DNA of 41,335 nucleotides, from assembly GCA_902803255.1 (NCBI GenBank), contig CADCPG010000048.1, forward strand, positions 1 through 41,335. Direction: 5' to 3'. Under the pieces are notes generated by a model, which saw nothing but the letters and a program-made list of their open reading frames with translations, did not search any database and had not been told where the DNA came from. Made by a program: the position numbers and the translations under genes. Shown piece by piece: positions 1-7,132 of the stretch. The DNA is from an uncultured Ruminococcus sp. Lineage in GTDB: Bacteria > Bacillota > Clostridia > Oscillospirales > CAG-272. Each line of letters starts with the position of its first letter. Within the stretch, counting starts at the first letter, position 1.

Positions 1-585
1 AAGCTGGTGCTCACCGGCATCCTTGCCGCTATAGTGGTGGTGCTCCAGTACTTTTCGAGTTACATAAAATTCGGCCCCTTCTCGATCACGCTCGCGCTGG
101 TTCCCATTATCGTGGGGGCGGCGATCTGCGGGCCGCTCTCAGGGGCTTTTCTGGGACTCGTCTTCAGTGTTATAGTGCTCATATTCGATGCCGCGGCGTT
201 TCTGGCCATAGATCCGTTCGGGACCGTTCTCACGGTACTTCTCAAAGGAACTCTTGCCGGACTTGCCTCCGGTCTGATCTACCGCGCGCTGAAGGTGATC
301 CCCGGCACCGAATCGGTCGGAAAATGGAAAACGATGCTCAGGGTCTTTATCTCGGGCATAGCGTGTCCCATAGTCAACACCGGTATCTTCACAGCCGGCT
401 GCTTCCTTTTCTTCATGCCCACAATAAACGAATGGGCTGCTGCCGCCGGTTTTGAAAGCGGGACCAGATACATCTTTATCGGAATGATCGGTATAAACTT
501 CCTCGTCGAGTTCGCGACCGTCGTTCTCTTAAGCCCGCTGGTCGTAAGACTCATCGGGATCGCAGCCAACCGCAGAAAGGTCTGA
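1..585 (+). CDS. Polytopic membrane protein resembling an ECF-transporter S component (substrate-capture subunit). The 5' end may lie outside the window.
   Basis: The frame is open from nt 1, with no stop before the GTG at 7. It encodes about 190 aa with 5-6 hydrophobic helices and Gly/Ala-rich packing (FGPFSITLALVPIIVGAAICGPLSGAFLGL). Stop is TGA 583-585. GC3 is high. The next gene starts 4 nt downstream. Confidence 0.55.
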   Translation, partial: KLVLTGILAAIVVVLQYFSSYIKFGPFSITLALVPIIVGAAICGPLSGAFLGLVFSVIVLIFDAAAFLAIDPFGTVLTVLLKGTLAGLASGLIYRALKVIPGTESVGKWKTMLRVFISGIACPIVNTGIFTAGCFLFFMPTINEWAAAAGFESGTRYIFIGMIGINFLVEFATVVLLSPLVVRLIGIAANRRKV

Positions 586-588
586 CCG

Positions 589-1326
589 GTGGAGCGGCGC
601 CGCCCCGTTATAGCGATCTGCGCCTCGATGAACGATACGGAGTCGCAGATCCGTCTGAACAGGTCTTATTTCCACGCCGTTTTTTCCGCCGGCGGACTTC
701 CGGTCGGTCTCCCCTTTTCAGGTACCGAAAAGGAAGCCCGCGAGTTTTTCGCTTCACGTTTCTATGACGGAGTTCTCTTCGCCGGCGGCGTTGACGTCGA
801 CCCGCACAGGTACGGCGAGGAGATCACGGGCGAGGGCGTCGAGATCTGCGAAGACCGCGACCGCTTCGAGCTTGAATTCGCGGAACTCCTGAAGAACACC
901 GAAGTTCCGGTCCTCGGCATCTGCCGGGGGATCCAGCTCATCAACGTCGCTTACGGCGGGACGCTCCACCAGAACATCGCCGGACACCGACAGGATGAGC
1001 CCGGGATCGAGACCCCTTTCTCGAACAGGGTCGCGCCGGGAAGTTTTCTTGAAGAGCTCGTCAGGAGCGGAAGCACTCCCGTCAACAGCTTTCACCACCA
1101 GGCGGTGAAGGATCCGGCCCCCGGTTTTTCGATTTCGGCGGTCTCAGAAGACGGGATAATCGAGGCCATCGAGCCCTCCGTCAGGAACGGAAGGTTCCTC
1201 CTCGGGGTCCAGTGGCACCCCGAACTCTTCTGCGACCGGCTCGCGAGCTCGAGGGCGATCTTCGAAGCTTTCGTCGACGCCGCACGCAGGTACGGCGAAA
1301 AGACCGCCGCGGGACAACTGATCTGA
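589..1326 (+). CDS. Class I glutamine amidotransferase-like, peptidase C26 / gamma-glutamyl hydrolase family (PuuD-like)
   Basis: GTG start has SD AGAAAGG 8 nt upstream. The nucleophile elbow GICRGIQLIN, then SFHHQAV, and a His/Glu end motif GVQWHPE are all present. Confidence 0.85.
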   Translation: MERRRPVIAICASMNDTESQIRLNRSYFHAVFSAGGLPVGLPFSGTEKEAREFFASRFYDGVLFAGGVDVDPHRYGEEITGEGVEICEDRDRFELEFAELLKNTEVPVLGICRGIQLINVAYGGTLHQNIAGHRQDEPGIETPFSNRVAPGSFLEELVRSGSTPVNSFHHQAVKDPAPGFSISAVSEDGIIEAIEPSVRNGRFLLGVQWHPELFCDRLASSRAIFEAFVDAARRYGEKTAAGQLI

Positions 1327-1343
1327 AAGGACGGAAACCGAAA

Positions 1344-1871
1344 ATGGACAGCATCACCGAAGTAGTCGTAATGAACGTAGTGATGGTCTACGACATGAAT
1401 ACCGACAGCGTCCTCCTTCAGAACCGCACTCGCAAGTGGAAGGGCGGGTGTTTTCCCGGAGGCCATCTCGAAAACGGAGAGACGGTAATGAATTCAGCCG
1501 TAAGAGAGGTGAAGGAGGAGACCGGTCTCGACGTGACGGATCTGGTCCCCTGCGGACTCGTCCACTGGAACAAGAGCGGCGGACGCCACGAGCTCATCTT
1601 CTGCTACAGGACCTCTCATTTTTCCGGGACGCTCACTCAGTGCGACGAGGGAGTGAACTACTGGGTAAAGCGCACCGACCTCGTTTCCGAACCGCTCGCC
1701 GGATGGTTCAGACAGCAGCTGCCGGTCTTCTTCGGCCGGAGCTTCGCCGAACTGTCGCACATATATGACGAAACGACGGGCGGCCACCCGATGACGCTCC
1801 ACACACAGTTTCCGCTGCCGTCTTCCGACGCCCTTCCGGGCTTCGACAGCTTCCCCGAGAACTCCGACTGA
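1344..1871 (+). CDS. NUDIX hydrolase
   Basis: Nudix box GGHLENGETVMNSAVREVKEETGL. I chose the ATG at 1344, which has AAGGACGG upstream. The track start at 1212 would overlap the previous gene with an Arg-rich artefactual N-terminus. Confidence 0.85.
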   Translation: MDSITEVVVMNVVMVYDMNTDSVLLQNRTRKWKGGCFPGGHLENGETVMNSAVREVKEETGLDVTDLVPCGLVHWNKSGGRHELIFCYRTSHFSGTLTQCDEGVNYWVKRTDLVSEPLAGWFRQQLPVFFGRSFAELSHIYDETTGGHPMTLHTQFPLPSSDALPGFDSFPENSD

Positions 1872-1900
1872 CGGCTCTGCCGGCCCTACCATCTCAGCTC

Positions 1901-2320
1901 ATGGACTTCATAAAAAAGACATTATTCAGGGCTGCGGTGATCTTCACCGTTATCGTGTCCGTCTTCAGCCTCGTCATCATGCTGATCTATTCGGGCAACG
2001 AGGAAGGCGCGAACCTTTCCGCCCTCAGGGTATTCCTGATACTTCCCTTTTCGCTGCTCCTCGGAGCCGCGGAGACGGTCAGACGGGACACGAAGCTGTC
2101 CGCGCCGCTCAGGCTGCTCATACACGCTCTGCTCACGGTACCGTCGGCCTATCTTCTGCTGGTGCTTCCGGCCGATTCCGACTCCGGCGCGAAGAGTTCC
2201 GACAGATTCATGCATTTTATCTTCACCGCTCTGATCTACGCGGTCGCTGTGCTCGCCGTTTTCCTCATCGGAAAAGCCGTAAGGAAGACGGTCGAGGAAG
2301 ACAGAAAGTACAGGAAATAA
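1901..2320 (+). CDS. Hypothetical integral membrane protein (about 4 TM)
   Basis: 139 aa, with hydrophobic helices, high GC3 and a basic C-terminal tail. A strong terminator follows. No clear SD and no recognisable family. Confidence 0.55.
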   Translation: MDFIKKTLFRAAVIFTVIVSVFSLVIMLIYSGNEEGANLSALRVFLILPFSLLLGAAETVRRDTKLSAPLRLLIHALLTVPSAYLLLVLPADSDSGAKSSDRFMHFIFTALIYAVAVLAVFLIGKAVRKTVEEDRKYRK

Positions 2321-2400
2321 AGCAGGGCGGACATCGAACGCCGCGCGGTCCCCGGCACGACGCCGCGGCCTCGCCTTATCCGCGTTCATATCCCGCCCGC

Positions 2401-2456
2401 AAAAACGATATCCGGGCGGCCCGAATAGAACGGGCCGCCCGGATATCGTTTTTTAA
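2401..2456. terminator. Bidirectional intrinsic terminator between convergent genes
   Basis: Perfect 22-bp inverted repeat, aaaaacgatatccgggcggccc / gggccgcccggatatcgttttt, with a 9-nt loop. An A-tract on one side and a T-tract on the other give a U-run in both orientations. Confidence 0.8.
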
Positions 2457-2466
2457 TATCAGATCA

Positions 2467-2772
2467 TCATTGTCCGGCAGCCGCTTTCCGGTCGAGCCTC
2501 CGGTTGCGGAACCAGAGGCAGAGGTCTGCGCCGACCATGCAGAAATTCAGCACATAGAAGAAGAGCACATACCACTTTTCGGAAAAAGACGCCATGTATA
2601 CGGGATTCGTGAGCTTCGCTGTGATCCCCGCGGCGTATCCGATCAGGATAAGGCAGATGAATACCGCGCTCTTTCCTTTCGCGGTGCGCGCCCTGTATGA
2701 CTTTATCACGCTCAGCGGCCACGAGGCCCCGAAGCTTACTATCATCGCTATCTCAAGTATTTCCGGCAGCAT
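2467..2772 (-). CDS. Small 3-TM membrane protein, PQ-loop/SemiSWEET-like (tentative)
   Basis: 101 aa. Strong SD GGAGGTG lies 4-6 nt before the ATG, inside the 3' end of cpsB (20-nt overlap). The motif SWPLSVIKSYRARTAKGKS sits after TM1 where PQ-loop proteins carry PQxxK. The family call is from memory only. Confidence 0.6.
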   Translation of the reverse strand: MLPEILEIAMIVSFGASWPLSVIKSYRARTAKGKSAVFICLILIGYAAGITAKLTNPVYMASFSEKWYVLFFYVLNFCMVGADLCLWFRNRRLDRKAAAGQ

Positions 2773-3493
2773 GAGACACCTCCGACCATATCCGTTCCGC
2801 TCCGGCTTTCAGGCCCTCGGCGGCTTTCTCAAGTCCCGACGACCCGAGTATCCCGAATGCCTCTCCGAGGTTCGGAGCTCTGCTCCTCAGGTCGTGTGAA
2901 TCCGACCCCAGCAGAGCGACGTTCCCCGACTTTATGAGTCTGAGAGCATGACGCCGCGTCTTTTTGTCGATGACGTATTCGGCGTTCATCTGCACCATGA
3001 CCGGCATGCGGCGTATCATTTTGATGTTTGCGGCCGACGTCATCGGGTCATATCTCTCGAGATGGGCTATGACCGGACGTATGCCGCGGGTCTCGATGAG
3101 TCCGTCGATATCCTGGAAGACGCGAACGCTCCAGTCGCGCCACGGAAGTTCGAGCAGCAGATAGTGAGTCCCCTCGTAGCACAGCTCGCGGATGAGCTTT
3201 TCGTGCTGTATGCCGATGTGATAATACACCTCGGCGCCGAGGCATGTCTCCGGGAGCTTTTTTCCGGTCTCGGCCGTGTATTTTTCGACCGCGCGGAGGA
3301 GCTTCTCGTAAGCGGCGGCGCGCCTTGAGATGAAATCCCCGGCGGGTTCCGAGGGATAGTAGTGAGGAGTCAGGCATACCCGCGTGACCCCGGCTTCGGC
3401 TGAGGCGGCGAGCATCCCGATCGACATTCCGGCGTCACTGCTGCCGTCGTCGATCCCCGGAAGCATATGGCAGTGTACATCAATGAGATCCAT
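2753..3493 (-). CDS. cpsB: PHP-family protein-tyrosine phosphatase, CpsB/YwqE type
   Basis: N-terminal signature MDLIDVHCHMLPGIDDG, downstream HxH/Asp metal ligands (TPHY, IAHLERY, LGSDSHD), 246 aa. SD AAGGAGGT lies 9 nt upstream. Confidence 0.9.
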   Translation of the reverse strand: MDLIDVHCHMLPGIDDGSSDAGMSIGMLAASAEAGVTRVCLTPHYYPSEPAGDFISRRAAAYEKLLRAVEKYTAETGKKLPETCLGAEVYYHIGIQHEKLIRELCYEGTHYLLLELPWRDWSVRVFQDIDGLIETRGIRPVIAHLERYDPMTSAANIKMIRRMPVMVQMNAEYVIDKKTRRHALRLIKSGNVALLGSDSHDLRSRAPNLGEAFGILGSSGLEKAAEGLKAGAERIWSEVSHAAGNT

Positions 3494-3537
3494 CGTCGTT
3501 CAACCTCCTTGCCGGCGTTTCCCGGGGAAAGCGGACG

Positions 3538-4341
3538 TCAGTCCTGGCCTTCTTCTCCTCCGTATCTGTCGCCGGACTCGGCGTATCTGCCGTATTTGCC
3601 GGCTCTCCCGTATTTTCCGTACTTTCCGTATTTTCCGTATTTGCCGTATTTTCCGATACTGTCGCGGTCGTTGTTGATCATCACGAAGCCGAGGATCTCG
3701 GTATTGGTGAACTGAAGCTTCTGGACCGCCTGTCTGACGAGAGCCTTGCCCGACTGGCCGGACATGACGACGAACACGATCCCGTCGAGCGCGCGGCTGA
3801 CGTTCAGCGCGTCGGAGACCTCGTTCACGGGCGGAAGGTCCATGATTATGTAGTCGAGCATCTTGCCGAGCGAGGATATTATCCCGGCGGTCTTGTCGTC
3901 GCCCAGCAGTTCCGACGGATGCGCCGGCAGGCTGCCGCTCGTGATGACCATGAAGTTCGGATGGATCTCCGACTTCTGGATGACGCTCTCGGTCTGACCC
4001 ATCAGCAGTTCGGAGAGTCCGGGGGCCTTGTTGAGGCCGAGCCTCTTCGCGATTGTGGGAAGGCGGAGGTCGGCGTCTATCAGCAGGACTTTCGAGCCCT
4101 GGAGCGCGAGAGTGTAGGCGAGATTAATTGCGCAGAGGGATTTTCCCTCGGAGCCGTTGGCGCTCGTTACGCCGATCGTCTTGCAGCCCTTCACCGACGC
4201 CAGGGCGAAACCTATGCTCGTCCTGAGCATCTTGTACGCCTCGGCGGCGTTGAAGTTAAGATTCTCGCAGATGTATTCCCGGTCGCGAAGGTAGTCGGCC
4301 GTGACGTCCGTCTGTATGTTCTTACTGTTTTTCTTCTTCAT
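3538..4341 (-). CDS. cpsD: BY-kinase catalytic subunit (CpsD/CapB/YwqD type tyrosine autokinase)
   Basis: Walker A GVTSANGSEGKS, Walker A' VLLIDADLRLP, Walker B YIIMDLPP. The C-terminal Tyr cluster is GKYGKYGKYGKYGKYGRAGKYGRY. Overlaps cpsC by 20 nt. Confidence 0.9.
   Translation of the reverse strand: MKKKNSKNIQTDVTADYLRDREYICENLNFNAAEAYKMLRTSIGFALASVKGCKTIGVTSANGSEGKSLCAINLAYTLALQGSKVLLIDADLRLPTIAKRLGLNKAPGLSELLMGQTESVIQKSEIHPNFMVITSGSLPAHPSELLGDDKTAGIISSLGKMLDYIIMDLPPVNEVSDALNVSRALDGIVFVVMSGQSGKALVRQAVQKLQFTNTEILGFVMINNDRDSIGKYGKYGKYGKYGKYGRAGKYGRYAESGDRYGGEEGQD
3608..3652 (-). repeat. Tandem 9-bp repeat x5 (ccgtatttt on the + strand) encoding (GKY)5 of the BY-kinase tyrosine cluster
   Basis: The units are ccgtatttt, ccgtacttt, ccgtatttt, ccgtatttg and ccgtatttt, head to tail. 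An extra copy lies at 3590-3598 and a degenerate one at 3653-3661. Confidence 0.9.
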
Positions 4342-5056
4342 AGTGGGAGCCTCCGGCGTTCTTTACGTAGATGTTCGGGATGACGGCGAGCACTGGATAC
4401 TTGTAATTCTCGGTGATGTATTTTTCGTCGTGGATCTTGTCGTCGAGGATATCGAAGACGATCACGATCGCAGCCATCACAACGAATCCGAGCAGGGCGC
4501 CTATGATCACGTATTTCGATACCGACGGACTGCTCTTCTCGCCCGAGGCAAAAGGCTCGTCCACGAGCTTGACGCGTGCGCCGTCGACCACGTCGGCGAT
4601 CTTTTCGGGAAGCACCGCGGTCAGTCCCCTGGCGATGAGCTCCGCGTCCTCGGGAGACCCGGCCGTGACCGTTATCTTGAATATCTCGGTCGATTCGACG
4701 CTCGCCGCGCTGATCATCTTCGCGAGCTGCCTGTAGGTGTAGTCGACTCCGGTGTAGTCGATGACCTGCTCGAGCGTCGAGCGCGTCTTCATGATGACTG
4801 AGTATGTCGAAACCAGGCTCTTTGCCGCCGAGATCTCGGTGGTGGAATATGACGTGGACCCGCTCTCGCTCTTGTTGTTGACGTACATCATCGCCGTCGC
4901 CTGATAGCTCGGGGAGATGATGAATTTCGCGTAAACGAACGCGATGAGCGCTCCTGCCACCGCCACCACGAGAATGATGGCGATATTCTTCCACAGGACC
5001 TTTAACAGGTGGACGATGTCGATCTCGACTTCGGTATTCCCTTTTTCGTTATTCAT
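4322..5056 (-). CDS. cpsC: Wzz/CpsC/YwqC-type chain-length determinant, the transmembrane modulator of the BY-kinase
   Basis: The N-terminal segment IDIVHLLKVLWKNIAIILVVAVAGALIAF is followed by PSYQATAMMYVNN. There is a second TM near the C-terminus (YVIIGALLGFVVMAAIVIVF). 244 aa. Confidence 0.88.
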   Translation of the reverse strand: MNNEKGNTEVEIDIVHLLKVLWKNIAIILVVAVAGALIAFVYAKFIISPSYQATAMMYVNNKSESGSTSYSTTEISAAKSLVSTYSVIMKTRSTLEQVIDYTGVDYTYRQLAKMISAASVESTEIFKITVTAGSPEDAELIARGLTAVLPEKIADVVDGARVKLVDEPFASGEKSSPSVSKYVIIGALLGFVVMAAIVIVFDILDDKIHDEKYITENYKYPVLAVIPNIYVKNAGGSHYEEEKQ

Positions 5057-5141
5057 CTTGTGCTGAATGCCTTTCTTAGGAATCTTTTTTTATTTCTTTT
5101 GTTAATGTTTGCGGAAACAGTGAGGTCTTCGTGTGCCCGGA

Positions 5142-6566
5142 TCATTTCTTCGCATCCAGAGCGAGGTCGGTATAAATCGGAGTATGATCGCTCCCGGTCT
5201 GCACGGCGGGGGTCCTTATGACGTCGTAGGTGAGGAACCGTACTCCGTTCTTTCCGAATATGTGATCGATGCTCGCCCCTGTCCCGGGGATGCCCGAAGC
5301 GTATGAATAGGATGTCTTGTACCCGGCCTTGATCTTTTTCTCCGCCGTGGCCTCGGAATCCGCGAAGCCGGCGTCGGTGAGTCTGGCGAAGGGAGCCGAC
5401 GACGCCGTGAAGTTGCAGTCGCCGTTGACCGTCATCGGGATCTCCCCGTATTTTGCGGTTATCCTCGCGGCGACCTCGAGGATCTGGCGCACGTTGTCGA
5501 GCCTCCACCCGGCGGCTATCGCGGCGCGCTCGTCGTCGGTCATGTTCTCGTATCCCGAGTATTTGGCGCTGCAGACCGCTCCGTGGAAGTTGATCATCGC
5601 GAATCTGCCGTCCTTCGTGTCGAAAACGGCCCAGCAGAGCGACTTCGTGTTCGTACCGGTGTACCGGCCGTCGAGCCACTCGACGTCGGCCTCGACGAGT
5701 TCGAGTTTCGTCGAATCGTAGATGATCGGGGTGTAGTTGTATGTCGACGTTCCGGTGTGCATCTGCTTCGCGTACCTGTAGTTCGTGAACTTCGACATGA
5801 AAGGCTTTATGATGTTCAGATGGACGGTCTTGTCGCTCTCCTGGAGCGAGAGGACCTCCGGCCTGTACTCCTCGATGACCGCGAGGGCGTCGGCGGCGAC
5901 TCCCACCGAGCAGCCGAGGTTCCAGCTGAACAGACGGAGCAGCGCCCCGTCGGCGAGCGGCGGACGGTTGTCGTCGAACCTGCCGTCGAATCGCAGCGAG
6001 CTGTCGACGGAAAGCGTCCCGCCGGAACTGCCCGCGACGAAGGTATCGACGAAATAATCGGCCGCGGCGCACGTAGCGTAGTCTGTGATCCCCAAAATGA
6101 CTATCTTCCTTCCCACGGTTCTCACGGTGTAGAGCGAAGGATCTCCGCCCGCCTCGAGTTCGGCAAAGGCGTCGCGGCTCTCCTTCCGGTTGGTGTATCC
6201 CACGAGTATCTCGGGGTCGTCGTTCTCGATGATCTGCCCTTTCAGCTCGCGGCTCACGAAATCCTCTTTGATGCTGTTTTCCCAGGTGTCGGGGCAGGCG
6301 GCCTTCAGCGCCTTGTTTACCGTCACCGCGGCTTTGACGGCGTATTCGCCGGCATCGGACGGCCTGATTATGGAATAGGCGTCGGCACCGCCGACGATCA
6401 CGAGCCCGGGAGGCGCGGTGTCAGGGACTGACGTATCGCCGGGCGGATCGGACGTGAGATCCGGATATCCGCCTCCTCCCGCGCATGAAACGCACTGGAG
6501 CAGCATGAGTATCATCAGCGCCAGCGATGCCGCGGACGCGGTCAGTGAGTGCTTGCGAAAAAACAA
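5142..6566 (-). CDS. Endonuclease/exonuclease/phosphatase (EEP) family lipoprotein with an N-terminal domain of about 190 aa and unknown function
   Basis: EEP motifs are LFSWNLG, VLSLQES and GSDHTPIY at the C-terminus. I place the start at the in-frame TTG 6566, with SD GGAGGA 7 nt upstream. That gives a signal peptide FFRKHSLTASAASLALMILMLLQC with a lipobox-like Cys. The track start at 6830 adds an Arg/Pro-rich artefact that overlaps the upstream gene. Confidence 0.8.
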   Translation of the reverse strand: MFFRKHSLTASAASLALMILMLLQCVSCAGGGGYPDLTSDPPGDTSVPDTAPPGLVIVGGADAYSIIRPSDAGEYAVKAAVTVNKALKAACPDTWENSIKEDFVSRELKGQIIENDDPEILVGYTNRKESRDAFAELEAGGDPSLYTVRTVGRKIVILGITDYATCAAADYFVDTFVAGSSGGTLSVDSSLRFDGRFDDNRPPLADGALLRLFSWNLGCSVGVAADALAVIEEYRPEVLSLQESDKTVHLNIIKPFMSKFTNYRYAKQMHTGTSTYNYTPIIYDSTKLELVEADVEWLDGRYTGTNTKSLCWAVFDTKDGRFAMINFHGAVCSAKYSGYENMTDDERAAIAAGWRLDNVRQILEVAARITAKYGEIPMTVNGDCNFTASSAPFARLTDAGFADSEATAEKKIKAGYKTSYSYASGIPGTGASIDHIFGKNGVRFLTYDVIRTPAVQTGSDHTPIYTDLALDAKK

Positions 6567-6621
6567 TTGCGGGTCCTCCGATATGATTCGAATTGTGAAC
6601 GGCCGGAAAGGCGCGTCCCGG

Positions 6622-7005
6622 TCACCCGGCGTCCTTTCCGCCGCAGACTGCGCACACGCGCGTCTTCCCGTCGGCCTCGGCCTCTTCGACGGTCCCGCAC
6701 GACAGCGGCGAGGACGATGAGATCCTGCCGCATCCGGGGTCGATGTGCCATACAGTTCCTCCGGACGTCCAGTAGCATTTCGGCGAGCCGTCGGCGAACG
6801 TCTCGGGCCGGAAGGCGGTCTCTTCCGCACCGTCGGCGATCATGGCCTCGATCTCCGATATCTCTTCGGGAGATACCGGTCTTCCGGCGTAAAAATCGTC
6901 GCCGGAATATGGGGAGCACGAAACGAATCCCGGGAAGATCAGCGATAATATCAGCGCCGCGAAAAGCGGGGCGGGATTAAAATTGCGGGAGTGTCTTGCC
7001 CACAT
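6622..7005 (-). CDS. Small secreted lipoprotein with a C-terminal Cys/His-rich putative metal-binding motif
   Basis: Signal peptide with lipobox LIFPGFVSC. The C-terminus is YWTSGGTVWHIDPGCGRISSSSPLSCGTVEEAEADGKTRVCAVCGG (H-x4-C ... C-x2-C). SD AAAGGA lies 6 nt upstream of the ATG. Confidence 0.6.
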   Translation of the reverse strand: MWARHSRNFNPAPLFAALILSLIFPGFVSCSPYSGDDFYAGRPVSPEEISEIEAMIADGAEETAFRPETFADGSPKCYWTSGGTVWHIDPGCGRISSSSPLSCGTVEEAEADGKTRVCAVCGGKDAG

Positions 7006-7097
7006 ACCTTGTCCTTTCTTTTTTCAGACAGTTTGCGGCCGTGCGGGAACTGTCCCGGCGGCCATGCCCTCCCTGTGGGCGCGGAAGGCTTTTGGAT

Positions 7098-7106
7098 ATT
7101 ATATCA
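7098..7106 (-). promoter_or_regulatory. Candidate extended -10 element (TGaTATAAT) upstream of the small lipoprotein gene
   Basis: The minus strand reads TGATATAAT. No convincing -35. A GC hairpin cggcgg/ccgccg (7111-7126) lies just upstream. Confidence 0.4.
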
Positions 7107-7132
7107 GCACGGCGGCACGCCGCCGCCCGGGG

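Noticed and set aside
3590-3661. The tandem repeats (9-bp, 6-bp at 11890-12033, 11-bp at 39975-40024) considered as possible CRISPR arrays or satellite/mobile-element remnants.
   Set aside because: The units are 6-11 bp and contiguous without spacers, and no cas genes are present. Two of the three arrays lie in frame inside coding sequences. None resembles a CRISPR repeat-spacer structure or terminal inverted repeats.
3384-3715. Plus-strand ORFs reading the 9-bp repeat as PYFPYFPYLPYFP or ICRICRLSRIF.
   Set aside because: They are antisense to the cpsB start and the cpsD 3' end and have no start context. They are explained entirely by the repeat. The minus-strand frame gives the expected BY-kinase tyrosine cluster.
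6567-6830. An 88-aa N-terminal extension of the EEP ORF (track start 6830), and the alternative-frame 339-aa ORF at 5053-6072.
   Set aside because: The extension is an Arg/Pro-rich sequence that overlaps the 3' part of the upstream lipoprotein gene in another frame. The in-frame TTG at 6566 has a GGAGGA SD and yields a proper lipoprotein signal peptide. The 5053-6072 ORF is an Arg-rich off-frame artefact.
7006-7132. A 13-codon mini-ORF (MAAGTVPARPQTV) in the gap downstream of the XRE/helical-repeat regulator, considered as a candidate RNPP pheromone precursor.
   Set aside because: The SD-like GGGAGGG sits only 1-2 nt from the ATG. The peptide has no signal or export features, and it lies within the probable 5' leader of the lipoprotein gene. 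There is no supporting evidence.
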